NCBI GenBank assembly: GCA_951813565.1
Contig: OX638351.1
Coordinates: 3,936,001 to 4,000,000 of the forward strand
Direction of reading: 5' to 3'
DNA length: 64,000 nucleotides
Source of the DNA: an uncultured Poribacteria bacterium
GTDB lineage: Bacteria > Poribacteria > WGA-4E > WGA-3G
Shown here one piece after another: positions 22,862 through 33,217 of this stretch. The position numbers and the translations under genes are program-made. How positions within the stretch are numbered: the stretch's first letter is position 1; every line of letters begins with the position of its first letter. The notes under the pieces are model-generated. The model was not told the DNA's origin. It worked only from the letters and a program-made list of their open reading frames with translations, and searched no databases.

Positions 22862-23893
22862 TTACGCAAATCGAACACCTAACTTCACATTCTCACCCGG
22901 GTGCGTAGCGATCTTCGGATACTCGTCCAATAGATCGTCAAAATCGACAACAGGATAAATAACAGGTTTAGATTTCAAACTGCCATCGCTTAGTAGCCTC
23001 CAACTGATTTCAAAGAGCCTGCCTTCATTCCAATTTGGATATTCAGGATTCGGTTCGCTACAAGCACGTGAGAAGATAATTGTAGGTCGGTTGAAATGCG
23101 CTTCTGCACCAAGATCCAACCCTGCTGGATAGGTCCCGGGCCATGCACCAGCGACAACTGTTCCTAAATACGCCGCACCCCGGATAGCATGTTGAAGTGC
23201 CATGTGATGACCGCTATATTCAATGCAAACGTCAGCACCACGTTTGTTGGTAGCCTTTTTTATTTCTAAACCGGCATCATCTGTCGTAGGGTCAATGACG
23301 ACATCAGCACCACATTCAAGGGCTACATTGCGGCGCAACTCAAGTGGATCGACACCAATTAATGGGTAAGCACCTGCTAACTTCGCAAGCTGCAGTGCCA
23401 TCAGTCCAATTCCGCCGAGTCCAAAGACTGCAACGGCATCACCGATCCGCACATGACCGTCTCGCACTGCACCCAAAGCAAAATCAGTTGGATCTAAACA
23501 GACAGCTGCCTGCCAAGGAACACCATCAGGGAGTTTCCGGGTACCCGCTGCACCCCAAACATGTTCTTCACGGAACGAGCTGTGCCGAAAAACTTGCTCT
23601 CCGACCTTAACATCGGTAACGTCCGCACCGACCTCAGTTACTTCGCCAACACACATGTTCCCAAGTCCTGAAGGATAGTTCACCATTCCAGAACCGTTTG
23701 CTCGAAAGATTTTATATTCTCCATCGTAGCCACCACGTGGGCCTGCATAACCTTTATATGATGCCATCTCTGAACCGTGTTTGGCTGCACCAAACTGGCT
23801 CTTGACCCGAATTTGATTAGCTTGCAACGGTGGACTCTCATATACTCGAAAAGCAACCTGCTCCTGGGCAGGTGCAATAAGTTCTCTTGGCAT
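22862..23893 (-). CDS. medium-chain (zinc-binding family) dehydrogenase
   Basis: GEVTEVG, VAVFGLGGIG Rossmann motif, GADVCIE. Confidence 0.85.
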   Translation of the reverse strand: MPRELIAPAQEQVAFRVYESPPLQANQIRVKSQFGAAKHGSEMASYKGYAGPRGGYDGEYKIFRANGSGMVNYPSGLGNMCVGEVTEVGADVTDVKVGEQVFRHSSFREEHVWGAAGTRKLPDGVPWQAAVCLDPTDFALGAVRDGHVRIGDAVAVFGLGGIGLMALQLAKLAGAYPLIGVDPLELRRNVALECGADVVIDPTTDDAGLEIKKATNKRGADVCIEYSGHHMALQHAIRGAAYLGTVVAGAWPGTYPAGLDLGAEAHFNRPTIIFSRACSEPNPEYPNWNEGRLFEISWRLLSDGSLKSKPVIYPVVDFDDLLDEYPKIATHPGENVKLGVRFA

Positions 23894-24146
23894 ATTGGTT
23901 AATTTCCTTCCAGTGTTATATGTTGATTAGAGTTATGTGAGCGTAGTAGTTCTTCTGCTTGTCGTGTTTATTTTACCGTTTCTAAAAAATAAGATTTCAT
24001 TATGAGATTTGTAGGTTCATCCTCAAGTGAAGAATTTAAGAGGCGCAATGAATTGCGCGACTACAAACGCGTTTTTTGTTAATGAAAAGCGATCATTTAG
24101 AAATGGTATTACTTGGTTGACGGCACACGGAGTGTGCTTACTACTT

Positions 24147-25586
24147 TTAAGCTAAAATGTCGCGGACAACATGCCCATGCACATCAGTGAGACGGAAATC
24201 TCGACCTTGGAAACGGTATGTCAGTTTCTCATGGTCAATGCCGAATAGATGGAGCATTGTGGCGTGGAAGTCATGCACATGCACGATGTTTTCAACAGCA
24301 TTGTAGCCAAGTTCATCTGTATTGCCATAACTAATACCGCCTTTGACACCACCGCCTGCCATCCACATTGAAAATCCTTTGATGTGATGGTCACGTCCGC
24401 TGCCTTGCGCCATCGGTGTTCGTCCGAACTCACCACCCCAAATAACCAAAGTCTCGTCTAACATGCCGCGTTGTTTCAGATCGTTAACAAGTGCTGCCGT
24501 TGCCTTATCAACATATCCAGAAGTGGTTTTGATAGCGTTCTGAATTCCGCCGTGATGGTCCCATCCGCGATGATAGAGTTGAATGAAGCGGACACCGCGT
24601 TCTGCTAACCTTCGAGCAAGTAAGCAGTTTGATGCGTAAGATCCGTCTCCCGGCTTTGCACCGTACATATCAAGAATATCTTGAGGTTCTTTGGAGATGT
24701 CGGTCAATTCTGGCACACTCGTTTGCATGCGGAATGCCATCTCATATTGATTGATACGTGTAGCGATTGTCGGGTCATCCACCGTTTCATTCAACATGCT
24801 GTTCAAGGTTTGCACTGCGCCAACAACATCATGCTGCTGTTCCTGACTCACACCACCAGGACTTGAAACATAATGAACAGGATCACCACTTGAATGGAAC
24901 TGAACACCTTGAAATTGTCCTGGGAGAAATCCGCTATGCCACTGCCGCGTTGCGATCGGTTGGTCTTGCCCTCCACCGGAGGAAATTAGAACAACGTATC
25001 CCGGTAGATTTTCATTATCACTACCAAGCCCGTATAACAGCCACGACCCCATGCTGGGTCTGCCTGAAATAGCAGTGCCTGTATTCATAAAAGTGTGAGC
25101 GGGATCGTGATTAATCTGCTCGGTTCGCAAAGACCGCACAATGCAGATGTCATCAGCGAGACTACCGATGTGTGGAAACGCAGAACTCATCTCTTGTCCA
25201 GACTCTCCGAATTTTTTGAATTCATGCGTTGGACCAAGGCATTTGAGTGAATTTGCCTGACCCTGCAGCTGTGCGATCGGTTGTCCTTTCGTGAATGACT
25301 GCGGCATCGGTTTGCCGTGCATTTCTGCAAGTTTCGGTTTGTAATCCAAAGTCTCTAAATGTGAGGGACCGCCTGCCATACATAGGTGGATCACACACTT
25401 TGCTTTCGGTGTGACGTGCGGTTCTGTAATTATCCCGGGCCATCGCTCAATCTGTGGTGCTGCATCTAATATTGATGGTGTGAGTAGAGATGCGAGTGCA
25501 AGCGACCCGATGCCTCTCGCTGTCTTCCCTAAAAAGGTGCGCCTTGTAAGGCGAAGTTTGGTTTCTTCATTTATACCATTTAACAT
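24147..25586 (-). CDS. DUF1501 family protein (Tat substrate)
   Basis: TRRTFL Tat motif, GGPSHLETLDYKP, LLARRLAERGVRF, GEFGRTP, RFQGRDFRLTDV. Confidence 0.9.
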   Translation of the reverse strand: MLNGINEETKLRLTRRTFLGKTARGIGSLALASLLTPSILDAAPQIERWPGIITEPHVTPKAKCVIHLCMAGGPSHLETLDYKPKLAEMHGKPMPQSFTKGQPIAQLQGQANSLKCLGPTHEFKKFGESGQEMSSAFPHIGSLADDICIVRSLRTEQINHDPAHTFMNTGTAISGRPSMGSWLLYGLGSDNENLPGYVVLISSGGGQDQPIATRQWHSGFLPGQFQGVQFHSSGDPVHYVSSPGGVSQEQQHDVVGAVQTLNSMLNETVDDPTIATRINQYEMAFRMQTSVPELTDISKEPQDILDMYGAKPGDGSYASNCLLARRLAERGVRFIQLYHRGWDHHGGIQNAIKTTSGYVDKATAALVNDLKQRGMLDETLVIWGGEFGRTPMAQGSGRDHHIKGFSMWMAGGGVKGGISYGNTDELGYNAVENIVHVHDFHATMLHLFGIDHEKLTYRFQGRDFRLTDVHGHVVRDILA

Positions 25587-25637
25587 ATACCTGATGCCTC
25601 CTATTCCTAATTTTTGGAAAATGTTGGATAATTTGAG

Positions 25638-26648
25638 TTACTTCTTTTTCAGTTGTCCCCATGTTGTCGTTAGCAATTTGGATTGAGGGGAAACCGGCAA
25701 CGTATTCGCATACGCCGGATCAAACCAATCCCCGCTGGTATTCATCCCAACATGTGTCAACTGTGTCCGAGTCCCACTGTTTATATCAATTTTGAAAATT
25801 TGGGACTGCCCGTTAATTTCCTGTCTATAAAGCACTTCCTCTCCATTTGGCGATATCGCAGAAACTCCTGCGGCGGGACCCGCCTCATCAACAAGTTGTC
25901 GGAGACCTGTGCCATCGCGGTTAACGATGTAGACTGTGTATTTATCGTACCATGCGTTGTGCAGATCCCTATCTAAGATGACAGGCAACGGATGCTTGTT
26001 CCCAGAAATGGCAAGTCTGTCCCCCGCAGCGGACCAGGACGGACCTCCTTGCCATAGGAGTGCTTTATCGGGTAGCGGTTGTTCCCGCTTTCGTGTGCGG
26101 ACGTTGATAAATGTGAGTCGTTTTCCCTTGGGATGGCTTACAGAACAGCCAATTTCTTTACCATCAGGAGACCACGCAGGGGAATTTCCATACGGGAGGA
26201 GTTCGGCATCTTCTTCGCCAAATGTCCCAAGATAGAGACCGAACTTACTACGGTTCCAGTCCACGTAAGAGTAAGTAAACTGTTTGCCATCAGGAGACCA
26301 CGCCGGACTTCTTCTCTGAGCTGCTATCTTTCTTTTGAAGACGCGGCGAACATTTGTGCCATCAGCGTCCATCAAATACAGATCCCGCACACGCGTACCT
26401 TGGCGATCCGAGACGAAAAGAATCTGCTCACCAGTCGGAGACCACACAGCACCATAATCAGAGGCCCGATGCTGTGTTAAGTTCACTTGTTCACTACCAT
26501 CAGAATTCATCATGTAGACCTCATAATTGCCATCCCGACTGGAAGTAAACAAGATTTTGGGTCCTGTCGGGGCTTTGGCAAAAAGTTGATACAAAGTCCC
26601 ACACATTAACATTGAGATGATTATACAGAATATCAACACCAATCTCAT
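25638..26648 (-). CDS. TolB-like (PD40 repeat) secreted beta-propeller, paralog 1
   Basis: FTSSRDGN, repeated WSPDG; C-terminal LPVSPQSKLLTTTWGQLKK. Confidence 0.85.
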   Translation of the reverse strand: MRLVLIFCIIISMLMCGTLYQLFAKAPTGPKILFTSSRDGNYEVYMMNSDGSEQVNLTQHRASDYGAVWSPTGEQILFVSDRQGTRVRDLYLMDADGTNVRRVFKRKIAAQRRSPAWSPDGKQFTYSYVDWNRSKFGLYLGTFGEEDAELLPYGNSPAWSPDGKEIGCSVSHPKGKRLTFINVRTRKREQPLPDKALLWQGGPSWSAAGDRLAISGNKHPLPVILDRDLHNAWYDKYTVYIVNRDGTGLRQLVDEAGPAAGVSAISPNGEEVLYRQEINGQSQIFKIDINSGTRTQLTHVGMNTSGDWFDPAYANTLPVSPQSKLLTTTWGQLKKK

Positions 26649-26683
26649 GCCTATTTCTCCTATCTCAAGAGGACCTAATGATA

Positions 26684-27691
26684 CTACTCCTTTCTCAGTT
26701 CTCCCCAGGTCGTCGTTAGCAATTCCGGCTGAGGTGAAACCGGCAATGTATTCGTATACGCCGGATCAAACCAATCTCCACCAAAATTTATCCCAATATT
26801 TGTCAACAGCGTCTGAATACCGCTGTTTACATCAACTTTGAAAATTTGGGGTCCATGTGTATAGAGCACTTCCGATCCATCCGGTGATATCTCAGGAGAC
26901 CATAACTCAGGAGACCATGCAGGGCGACCGGCTTCATCAACAAGCTGCCGCAGACCCGTGCCGTCTCGGTTAACAATGTAAATCGTCTGTTTGTTCTTCC
27001 ATGCGCGGTGCAGGTCCCGATCCAAGATGACAGGCAACGGATGCTTGTTCCCAGCGAAGGCAAGTCTGTCCCCCGCAGCTGACCAGGACGACTCGAATTG
27101 AAATAGTAGGGCTTCATTGGGTAGCGGTTGTTCCACCTCGCGTGTGTGGATGTTGATAAACGTAAGCCTAGCCCCCGGTCCGTGATGGTCTGAGCAGACG
27201 ATTTCTGAATCATCGGGAGACCACTCTGGAGTATTGTACTTCGCGATGAATTCGGCATCTTCTTCGCCGAATGTCCCAAGATAGAGACCGCCCTTGACAA
27301 AGTTCCAGTCCTTGATCTGGTAAGCAAACTGTTTACTATCAGGTGACCAAGTAGGTGCTGTTCTCCAAACGTCTATTTTTTGCTTGAAGACGCGTCGGAC
27401 ATTCGAGCCATCGGCATCCATGAAATATAGGTCTCGCGTTCCCTCACGATCCGAGACGAAGAGTATCTGTTCGCCCTTCGGCGACCAAGCTGCCTCAAGA
27501 TCAATAGAAGGATGCTGCGTGAGATTCACCTGTTCGGAGCCATCCGGATTCATCATGTACACCTCCAGATTCCCATCCCGTCTGGAGGTAAATAGGATTT
27601 TCGACGCTGTCGGAGCTTTGGCAAAAACTTCACACTCCGTCCCACACATTAACATTGAGATGATTATACAAAATATCAACACTAATCTCAT
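26684..27691 (-). CDS. TolB-like (PD40 repeat) secreted beta-propeller, paralog 2
   Basis: tandem duplicate of 25638-26648, identical N-terminus MRLVLIFCIIISMLMCGT. Confidence 0.85.
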   Translation of the reverse strand: MRLVLIFCIIISMLMCGTECEVFAKAPTASKILFTSRRDGNLEVYMMNPDGSEQVNLTQHPSIDLEAAWSPKGEQILFVSDREGTRDLYFMDADGSNVRRVFKQKIDVWRTAPTWSPDSKQFAYQIKDWNFVKGGLYLGTFGEEDAEFIAKYNTPEWSPDDSEIVCSDHHGPGARLTFINIHTREVEQPLPNEALLFQFESSWSAAGDRLAFAGNKHPLPVILDRDLHRAWKNKQTIYIVNRDGTGLRQLVDEAGRPAWSPELWSPEISPDGSEVLYTHGPQIFKVDVNSGIQTLLTNIGINFGGDWFDPAYTNTLPVSPQPELLTTTWGELRKE

Positions 27692-27827
27692 GCCTATTTT
27701 TCCCACTGTCAAATTTTAGACCTTACCGTGCAGGTCTAAAGTTTGGACAATTTTTACGTATTTTATTTCCAAAAAGCAGAAAAGCAGGTATCCTTTCAGA
27801 AACAACACTTTTTGAAAGGAATGTAAA

Positions 27828-28108
27828 ATGGACCTCCTTCTCTGCTTAGATAAAATACTATCAGATTTTCGTTCTTTATTCAACCAAGAAAACTTTGTGC
27901 TTTCCCAAGCGTTTATTTTCGGTTTCATCGCAAATGGAGGTAATGGCACACTCACAAGTCTTTATCAATCAAGTTGTTCACAGACAAGATATTGGTCTTT
28001 TACGAAGTTCCTATCGCGTGGCAAATGGGATGCGGATGTGGTCGTAGCACTTATGATAAAACAACTTCAAAACACATTTGCGATCTGGGTTTATGTTTAT
28101 GATAAAAC
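27828..28108 (+). pseudogene. transposase N-terminal fragment (IS4/IS701-like)
   Basis: RYWSFTKFLSRGKW...YVYD pattern; truncated by a REP-containing insert. Confidence 0.55.
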
Positions 28109-28581
28109 TAGTGGAGTGTCTACCGAAATTTTGCGGGTAAAGGTCGCGATTCGGAGATCGCTCCTACCGATGGAACGTTTATGGTAGGAGGGAACTCCGA
28201 TTCCCGACTACTTTCAAACCCATCAATTATCACTTGACGAGGCACTAAGTTGCTCGGACAAGATTTCAAGTTAGCAAACACTGCTTTTTACTGAATAAAC
28301 AAGGCTTTTTCGCTGATTCTTATGTTTTTTGTTCTAAAATCCAAATCAACACCAAATGCGCGTTTGGCATTTGGCGGGGTTAGAAACCCCTCCTACAAGA
28401 GCATTTGCGAAATAGGTGACAACTTGGGTTATATTATAAAAATATACCACATTGCGTCACCAATTGAACCAAACCCCTCTGGTTGCGCATCTCTTTCAAA
28501 GTAGTAGAGCCCACAAGCACAAAAGAAAACCAGGGCCAGTAACATTATAACTGCCACCAAGAACTTCTGGATGATCCCATT

Positions 28582-29355
28582 TTATTTTTCATTTTCTTCA
28601 TCATTTTCTTCTTGCAGTTCTTCTTCCACCCTTGCTTCAGTAAGAACGGAAGCCAACAATCCAGAGGGAATAGCGATAAGTCCAACCCCAACTAAAGCGA
28701 CCAATGCAGTGAAAATTTTACCGCCAGGGGTTACGGGATACACATCACCATAACCAATTGTGGTTAGCGATACAATTGCCCACCACATCGAATCAGGGAT
28801 AGACCCAAATGCCTCAGGTTGTGCATCTTTTTCAAAAAAATAGATACCACATGCAGCTAAATAAACAAACATTGAAGATAGAATAACAAGTGCAAGAAGT
28901 TCCCTTCTGACTTCAGTTAGTGCGTCAATCATCCTATCCATTGCCAAGATAAATCGGGTCGCTTTGAAGATTCTGAAAACACGTAAGAATCTAAGAATAC
29001 GTAGCACACGAAACCCTGGAACTTGCCTTAATCCGGGGATAAGCACGAGAGACGGTAAAATAGCAAGCAGATCAACAATACCAAAGAAACTAAATATAAA
29101 CTCTTTTTTGACTGGTGCGGTGTAGATACGCAGAATGTATTCTGCTGTAAACAGTACGAGAAATGCCCAATCTATAATGTGAAAATGCGTTTCATACTTA
29201 TCAAAAACTTCTTCGGTTTCCAGCACGAAAGCGATAGCTGAGGCAAGAATCAGAAATTGGATGATTCCGCTAAATACAGCCCCTTCAATGATTTCCCCTA
29301 ACTTTTTTTGTAGGTCAGATTGTCCTCCGTTAACATCATTCAACATGAGTAACAT
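28582..29355 (-). CDS. voltage-gated-type potassium channel
   Basis: S4 RVLRILRFLRVFRIFK; selectivity filter TTIGYGD. Confidence 0.93.
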   Translation of the reverse strand: MLLMLNDVNGGQSDLQKKLGEIIEGAVFSGIIQFLILASAIAFVLETEEVFDKYETHFHIIDWAFLVLFTAEYILRIYTAPVKKEFIFSFFGIVDLLAILPSLVLIPGLRQVPGFRVLRILRFLRVFRIFKATRFILAMDRMIDALTEVRRELLALVILSSMFVYLAACGIYFFEKDAQPEAFGSIPDSMWWAIVSLTTIGYGDVYPVTPGGKIFTALVALVGVGLIAIPSGLLASVLTEARVEEELQEENDEENEK

Positions 29356-29446
29356 CCTATTTTACGCCTTCTTGGCGAGATAGCAATCCTCAGTTAGGAA
29401 TTGAGGATACCAGTTTGCGGCACCTCATATTTTCCATACCAGAAGG

Positions 29447-30364
29447 TTACCACCTCTTTCGCGTTCTAAGATATATCCGTAGGATAATTGCCGCAGCGTT
29501 TACAAGCAGAACACTACCGACCAACACAATTGCAGTACCATAAGGAATACCTTCTGTTACGTCCGGCACCTGTGTTGAAATCGTATAGAGGTGTAATGAA
29601 AGTGCCATACACTGGTCTGTTATATTATATGCAAAAGGATTCCTTTCCGCAATAGCTTTGTAGAATACTGCCCCGGTAAACATAATCGGTGCTGTTTCGC
29701 CTGCTGCACGAGATACCTGCAAAATAACGCCTGTTAAAATCCCACTGATTGAATTGGGTAGCACAATTCGTCGGATCGTTTGCCAGCGCGTGGCACCGAG
29801 ATTCCAACACGCCTCACGGAAAGACATCGGCACCGCTTTAAGTGCTTCAGTCGTACTTGCGATAATAACGGGGAGCGTCATGATTGCCAATGTAAGTGAA
29901 GCTGCCAAAATTGACTCACCTAAACCAGCAAATAAAACAAACGCCCCAACACCAAATAACGCATGGACGATACTTGGAACGCCTGCAAGGTTTACGACTG
30001 CTAAGTTCACAATTCGTGTGAACCAATTATCACGTGCATATTCGTTAAGATACACTGCTGCGAATACGCCGATCGGTGCTGCGACTAATAGCGAAACCAC
30101 TACCAGATAAATTGTTCCAAGAAACGGTGCCCACAGACCGCCAGCCCGCATGTTATCCTTTGGATTCGTGAACAGAAAATCAAGAGACAGCACCGGCAGT
30201 GCTTTATAGAAAAGGTATCCGATAATTAGGAGCAACGGTAGAATCATCAGGCAGGTCATTATAAAAAAGAATACTTTGAAGCCATTTTCTATAAATCTAC
30301 TCTGTCTTCCAATATCTGTTTCAGTAAACATTGTCTCTGGGGTTATGTCTGTATTGGTATTCAT
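29447..30364 (-). CDS. pstA: phosphate ABC transporter permease
   Basis: LAGVPSIVHALFG, REA..LGATRWQ, RAAGETAP. Confidence 0.93.
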   Translation of the reverse strand: MNTNTDITPETMFTETDIGRQSRFIENGFKVFFFIMTCLMILPLLLIIGYLFYKALPVLSLDFLFTNPKDNMRAGGLWAPFLGTIYLVVVSLLVAAPIGVFAAVYLNEYARDNWFTRIVNLAVVNLAGVPSIVHALFGVGAFVLFAGLGESILAASLTLAIMTLPVIIASTTEALKAVPMSFREACWNLGATRWQTIRRIVLPNSISGILTGVILQVSRAAGETAPIMFTGAVFYKAIAERNPFAYNITDQCMALSLHLYTISTQVPDVTEGIPYGTAIVLVGSVLLVNAAAIILRIYLRTRKRW

Positions 30365-30516
30365 ATAATCCTTAATGAACGTGAGTTTGACGAAAGTTGT
30401 AGTGAATCAACGTCAATCGCTCTCATGGCACTTGGCGTGTTGAACAAAGCGAGTAATGACCCACTATTTTGTTATCTGTGATGCATTTGAAATGTTGGGT
30501 TTCGCTGCGCTTTCCC

Positions 30517-30720
30517 ATAGGTGTCAATTTAGGAAACAAATCCCGTCACGACTTGTAGGGCGGGGTCTCTGTGCCTGCCATTGCTGATGTATTCAAACAA
30601 CGGACGGGCACAGAGACCCCGCCCTACGATGGAGTCGAGATGCACTGAAAGAATATCGGGCTTAGAAAGCCCTCCCACAAGAGATGATCTGGCAATTATG
30701 TTCTTAAATTGACAGCTATA
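30517..30720. mobile_element. REP-carrying MITE nested in a family-A-like repeat
   Basis: ends ATAGGTGTCAATTTAGGA / TTCTTAAATTGACAGCTAT; similar ends at ~45893-46107. Confidence 0.55.
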
Positions 30721-30790
30721 GGTTTCGCTGTGCTCTCCCAACCTATGAGAAACTGTAGTGCTATTGATACATTCGTTATGGTAGCCAATG

Positions 30791-32056
30791 TCAATTTTGA
30801 CGAATTCCTTTGATAACCAAATCAGCGATGAGGTTCACCACGAACGTAATAGTAAAAAGTAGGATGCCGATTATAAATAGCACCTGATAATGTTCACCGC
30901 CTCTTGCAACTTCACCTAATTCTGCTGCAATAGTTGCTGTGAGAGTGCGAATCCCGGAGAGTAGACTGTTCGGAATGTTAACCGAGTGTCCGGTTGCCAT
31001 CAAAACCGCCATCGTTTCACCGATGGATCGCGCCGCACCGAGTAAAACCGCTGCCAATAATCCATTTTTTGCTGCAGGTAAAAGCACACGGTATATTACT
31101 TGCCATCGCGTTGCACCGAGTGCTTCCGCCGCTTCACGGTAGGAATCTGGAACTGCCTTCAGCGCATCCTCCGCTATAGAAACGATTATCGGAACACTCA
31201 TTAATGCCAGCATGATCCCACCGTTTAGCATTGTTAAACCGATTGGCGCATTAAAAACCGCTATTATTAACTGATTCATCAATGTTAAGCCGATGAATCC
31301 CCACACGACTGATGGGATTGCAGCGAGCAATTCGATAACGATCTTAAATGTTTCTCTCAACTTTGGACTACAGAATTCCGACACAAAGATTGCTGCGCCA
31401 AGACCAAACGGAACGGCAATCAACATCGCTAACGCTGTCACACTGAATGTTCCAAGAATTAAGGCAAAAGTTCCGTATCTTTTGTTGCTAAGAGATGTAG
31501 GATACCATTCTTCACTCGTTAGAAACTCCCATAAATTTAATTTAAAGAGAAGTCCTGCCCCTTCTTTAAACACAAAAAAGAAGATACCAAAAACAAAGAT
31601 AATAGAACTAATTCCGCATAAGTTGATATACACATCAATTACGGTTTCGGAAGAAGTTTCTGAGTCCGGTCCAAACTGATTACCACCCTGTGTACCTTTA
31701 ATAAACCCCAATTCAAAGATTGCCCAGAGATTGGTGATTATTGCAATCAGATAAATTACTGTGCTCCATCCAGACGTCAACTGTGCTGACAGGAGAAAAA
31801 AGATACCAATTAATGGGATAAAATGGAGCAGCACCCACCACGTTGGCTTGTCTTTGTCGTGCAAACGTTTAGCAGTAACCGCTAAATGTACCCAAACAAG
31901 GGCTAATAATGGAATGAATCCAAGTGATATTTTGGCAGGAAAGTTATTAATAACTACGGAGATTGCAAAGATTGCAAATATCGGCAAATTCAGCAGCCAC
32001 CATGCTGCTCTGTTGATTCTCCCTTTAAACGAAAAACAGATTTGGAAAAATTTCAT
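30791..32056 (-). CDS. pstC: phosphate ABC permease with N-terminal DUF805-like domain
   Basis: C-terminal part IELLAAIPSVVWG, RSIGETMAV; N-terminal part FSFKGRINR, KRLHD, GNQFGPD. Confidence 0.9.
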   Translation of the reverse strand: MKFFQICFSFKGRINRAAWWLLNLPIFAIFAISVVINNFPAKISLGFIPLLALVWVHLAVTAKRLHDKDKPTWWVLLHFIPLIGIFFLLSAQLTSGWSTVIYLIAIITNLWAIFELGFIKGTQGGNQFGPDSETSSETVIDVYINLCGISSIIFVFGIFFFVFKEGAGLLFKLNLWEFLTSEEWYPTSLSNKRYGTFALILGTFSVTALAMLIAVPFGLGAAIFVSEFCSPKLRETFKIVIELLAAIPSVVWGFIGLTLMNQLIIAVFNAPIGLTMLNGGIMLALMSVPIIVSIAEDALKAVPDSYREAAEALGATRWQVIYRVLLPAAKNGLLAAVLLGAARSIGETMAVLMATGHSVNIPNSLLSGIRTLTATIAAELGEVARGGEHYQVLFIIGILLFTITFVVNLIADLVIKGIRQN

Positions 32057-32073
32057 TTAAGTAGGATAATCCT

Positions 32074-32985
32074 TTAGTTGCTCTCTAACGGCACAAAACC
32101 GAGTTCCTCAACAATTTTTTGCCCTTTTGGAGAAAAAATCCAATCCAGATATGCTTTCGCTTCCCCCGAAGGTTCACCGAGAGAATACATATACAAAGGA
32201 CGCGCAATTGGATAAGTTTTGGCAATAACGTTCTCAAGATTCGGTGCGTAGGACGGCTCATCAAGATCAGTTGCAACTTCTAACATCTTGACATGATCAG
32301 TTGCATATCCCATACCGCTATAGCCGATAGCACAAGGTGTTCGTCCGATAACTTCCACTACATCTTTTGAGCCGTGTAAATCCAAAGAACCGAGTTCAAA
32401 GTCCCGCGATTTACCAAGTAATGCTTCCCTAAAATAGAAGTAAGTCCCAGAGTTGGACTGACGGCTGATTCGGATTATTTTGTCACTTCGGCATCCAGAA
32501 TTTGCAATCCGAAGATGCTCCCATTTAGTTATCTTTCCATCTTCACCATAAATTTCTGCAAGTTGCGGAATAGTAATCTTGTCCAAAGGATTTTCTTTGT
32601 GAACATAAACAGCGAGTGCATCATATCCTACTATAAATTCAATCGGTTCTTTACCCGTATTTTCAATGGCTTGTTGCTTTTCCTTGTCTTTTACCTGTCG
32701 GCTACAGTTTGCAATATCTACGGTGCCATTGATCAACGCGGCAACACCTGTTCCTGATCCACCGCCTGATACTTCAACAGACACAGTATCAGAAACACCA
32801 GAATATGCTTCCGCCCAAGCCTGTGCCAAATTTACCATCGTATCAGATCCTTTATTCTTGATAATGGATTGGTTATTTGCTTGTTCTGTATCTTTATCAG
32901 ATGAACCGTTAAGGACGACAAAGCCGTATACTGAAAAGACAAGTATACTTATGATAACATAACTTATCAAACTTCTTTTTTTCAT
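32074..32985 (-). CDS. pstS: phosphate ABC transporter substrate-binding protein
   Basis: KGSDTM, GGGSGTG, SR, SRQSNSGT, YPIARPLY. Confidence 0.92.
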   Translation of the reverse strand: MKKRSLISYVIISILVFSVYGFVVLNGSSDKDTEQANNQSIIKNKGSDTMVNLAQAWAEAYSGVSDTVSVEVSGGGSGTGVAALINGTVDIANCSRQVKDKEKQQAIENTGKEPIEFIVGYDALAVYVHKENPLDKITIPQLAEIYGEDGKITKWEHLRIANSGCRSDKIIRISRQSNSGTYFYFREALLGKSRDFELGSLDLHGSKDVVEVIGRTPCAIGYSGMGYATDHVKMLEVATDLDEPSYAPNLENVIAKTYPIARPLYMYSLGEPSGEAKAYLDWIFSPKGQKIVEELGFVPLESN

Positions 32986-33096
32986 GAATCTACCCCTTTT
33001 TCTCAATCCTGTTCTACCTATTCTAATTATAACTCTCAATTGTTACAAAAATTAGACAAATTTGGGAATAGATTCTGTCATTTAATGAGATAGCTT

Positions 33097-33209
33097 ATAG
33101 TGAAACCCACAATTACCTGGACATTGGCGAGGTTAGGAAACCTCGCCAGCGCGAGTGTGTGTGGATTGTTGTTCATTGAAATGTGAACATGTTTTCGGAT
33201 TTTACTATA
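33097..33209. mobile_element. ~113-bp MITE (inverted copy at 62217-62330)
   Basis: TATAGT...ACTATA ends; shared GGCGAGGTTAGGAAACCTCGCC hairpin and CATTGAAATGTGAACAT. Confidence 0.7.
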
Positions 33210-33217
33210 AATCATTT

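Noticed and set aside
33040..33085. Possible Pho box upstream of pstS
   Set aside because: Only weak 11-bp-spaced TGT half-sites; not enough to call.
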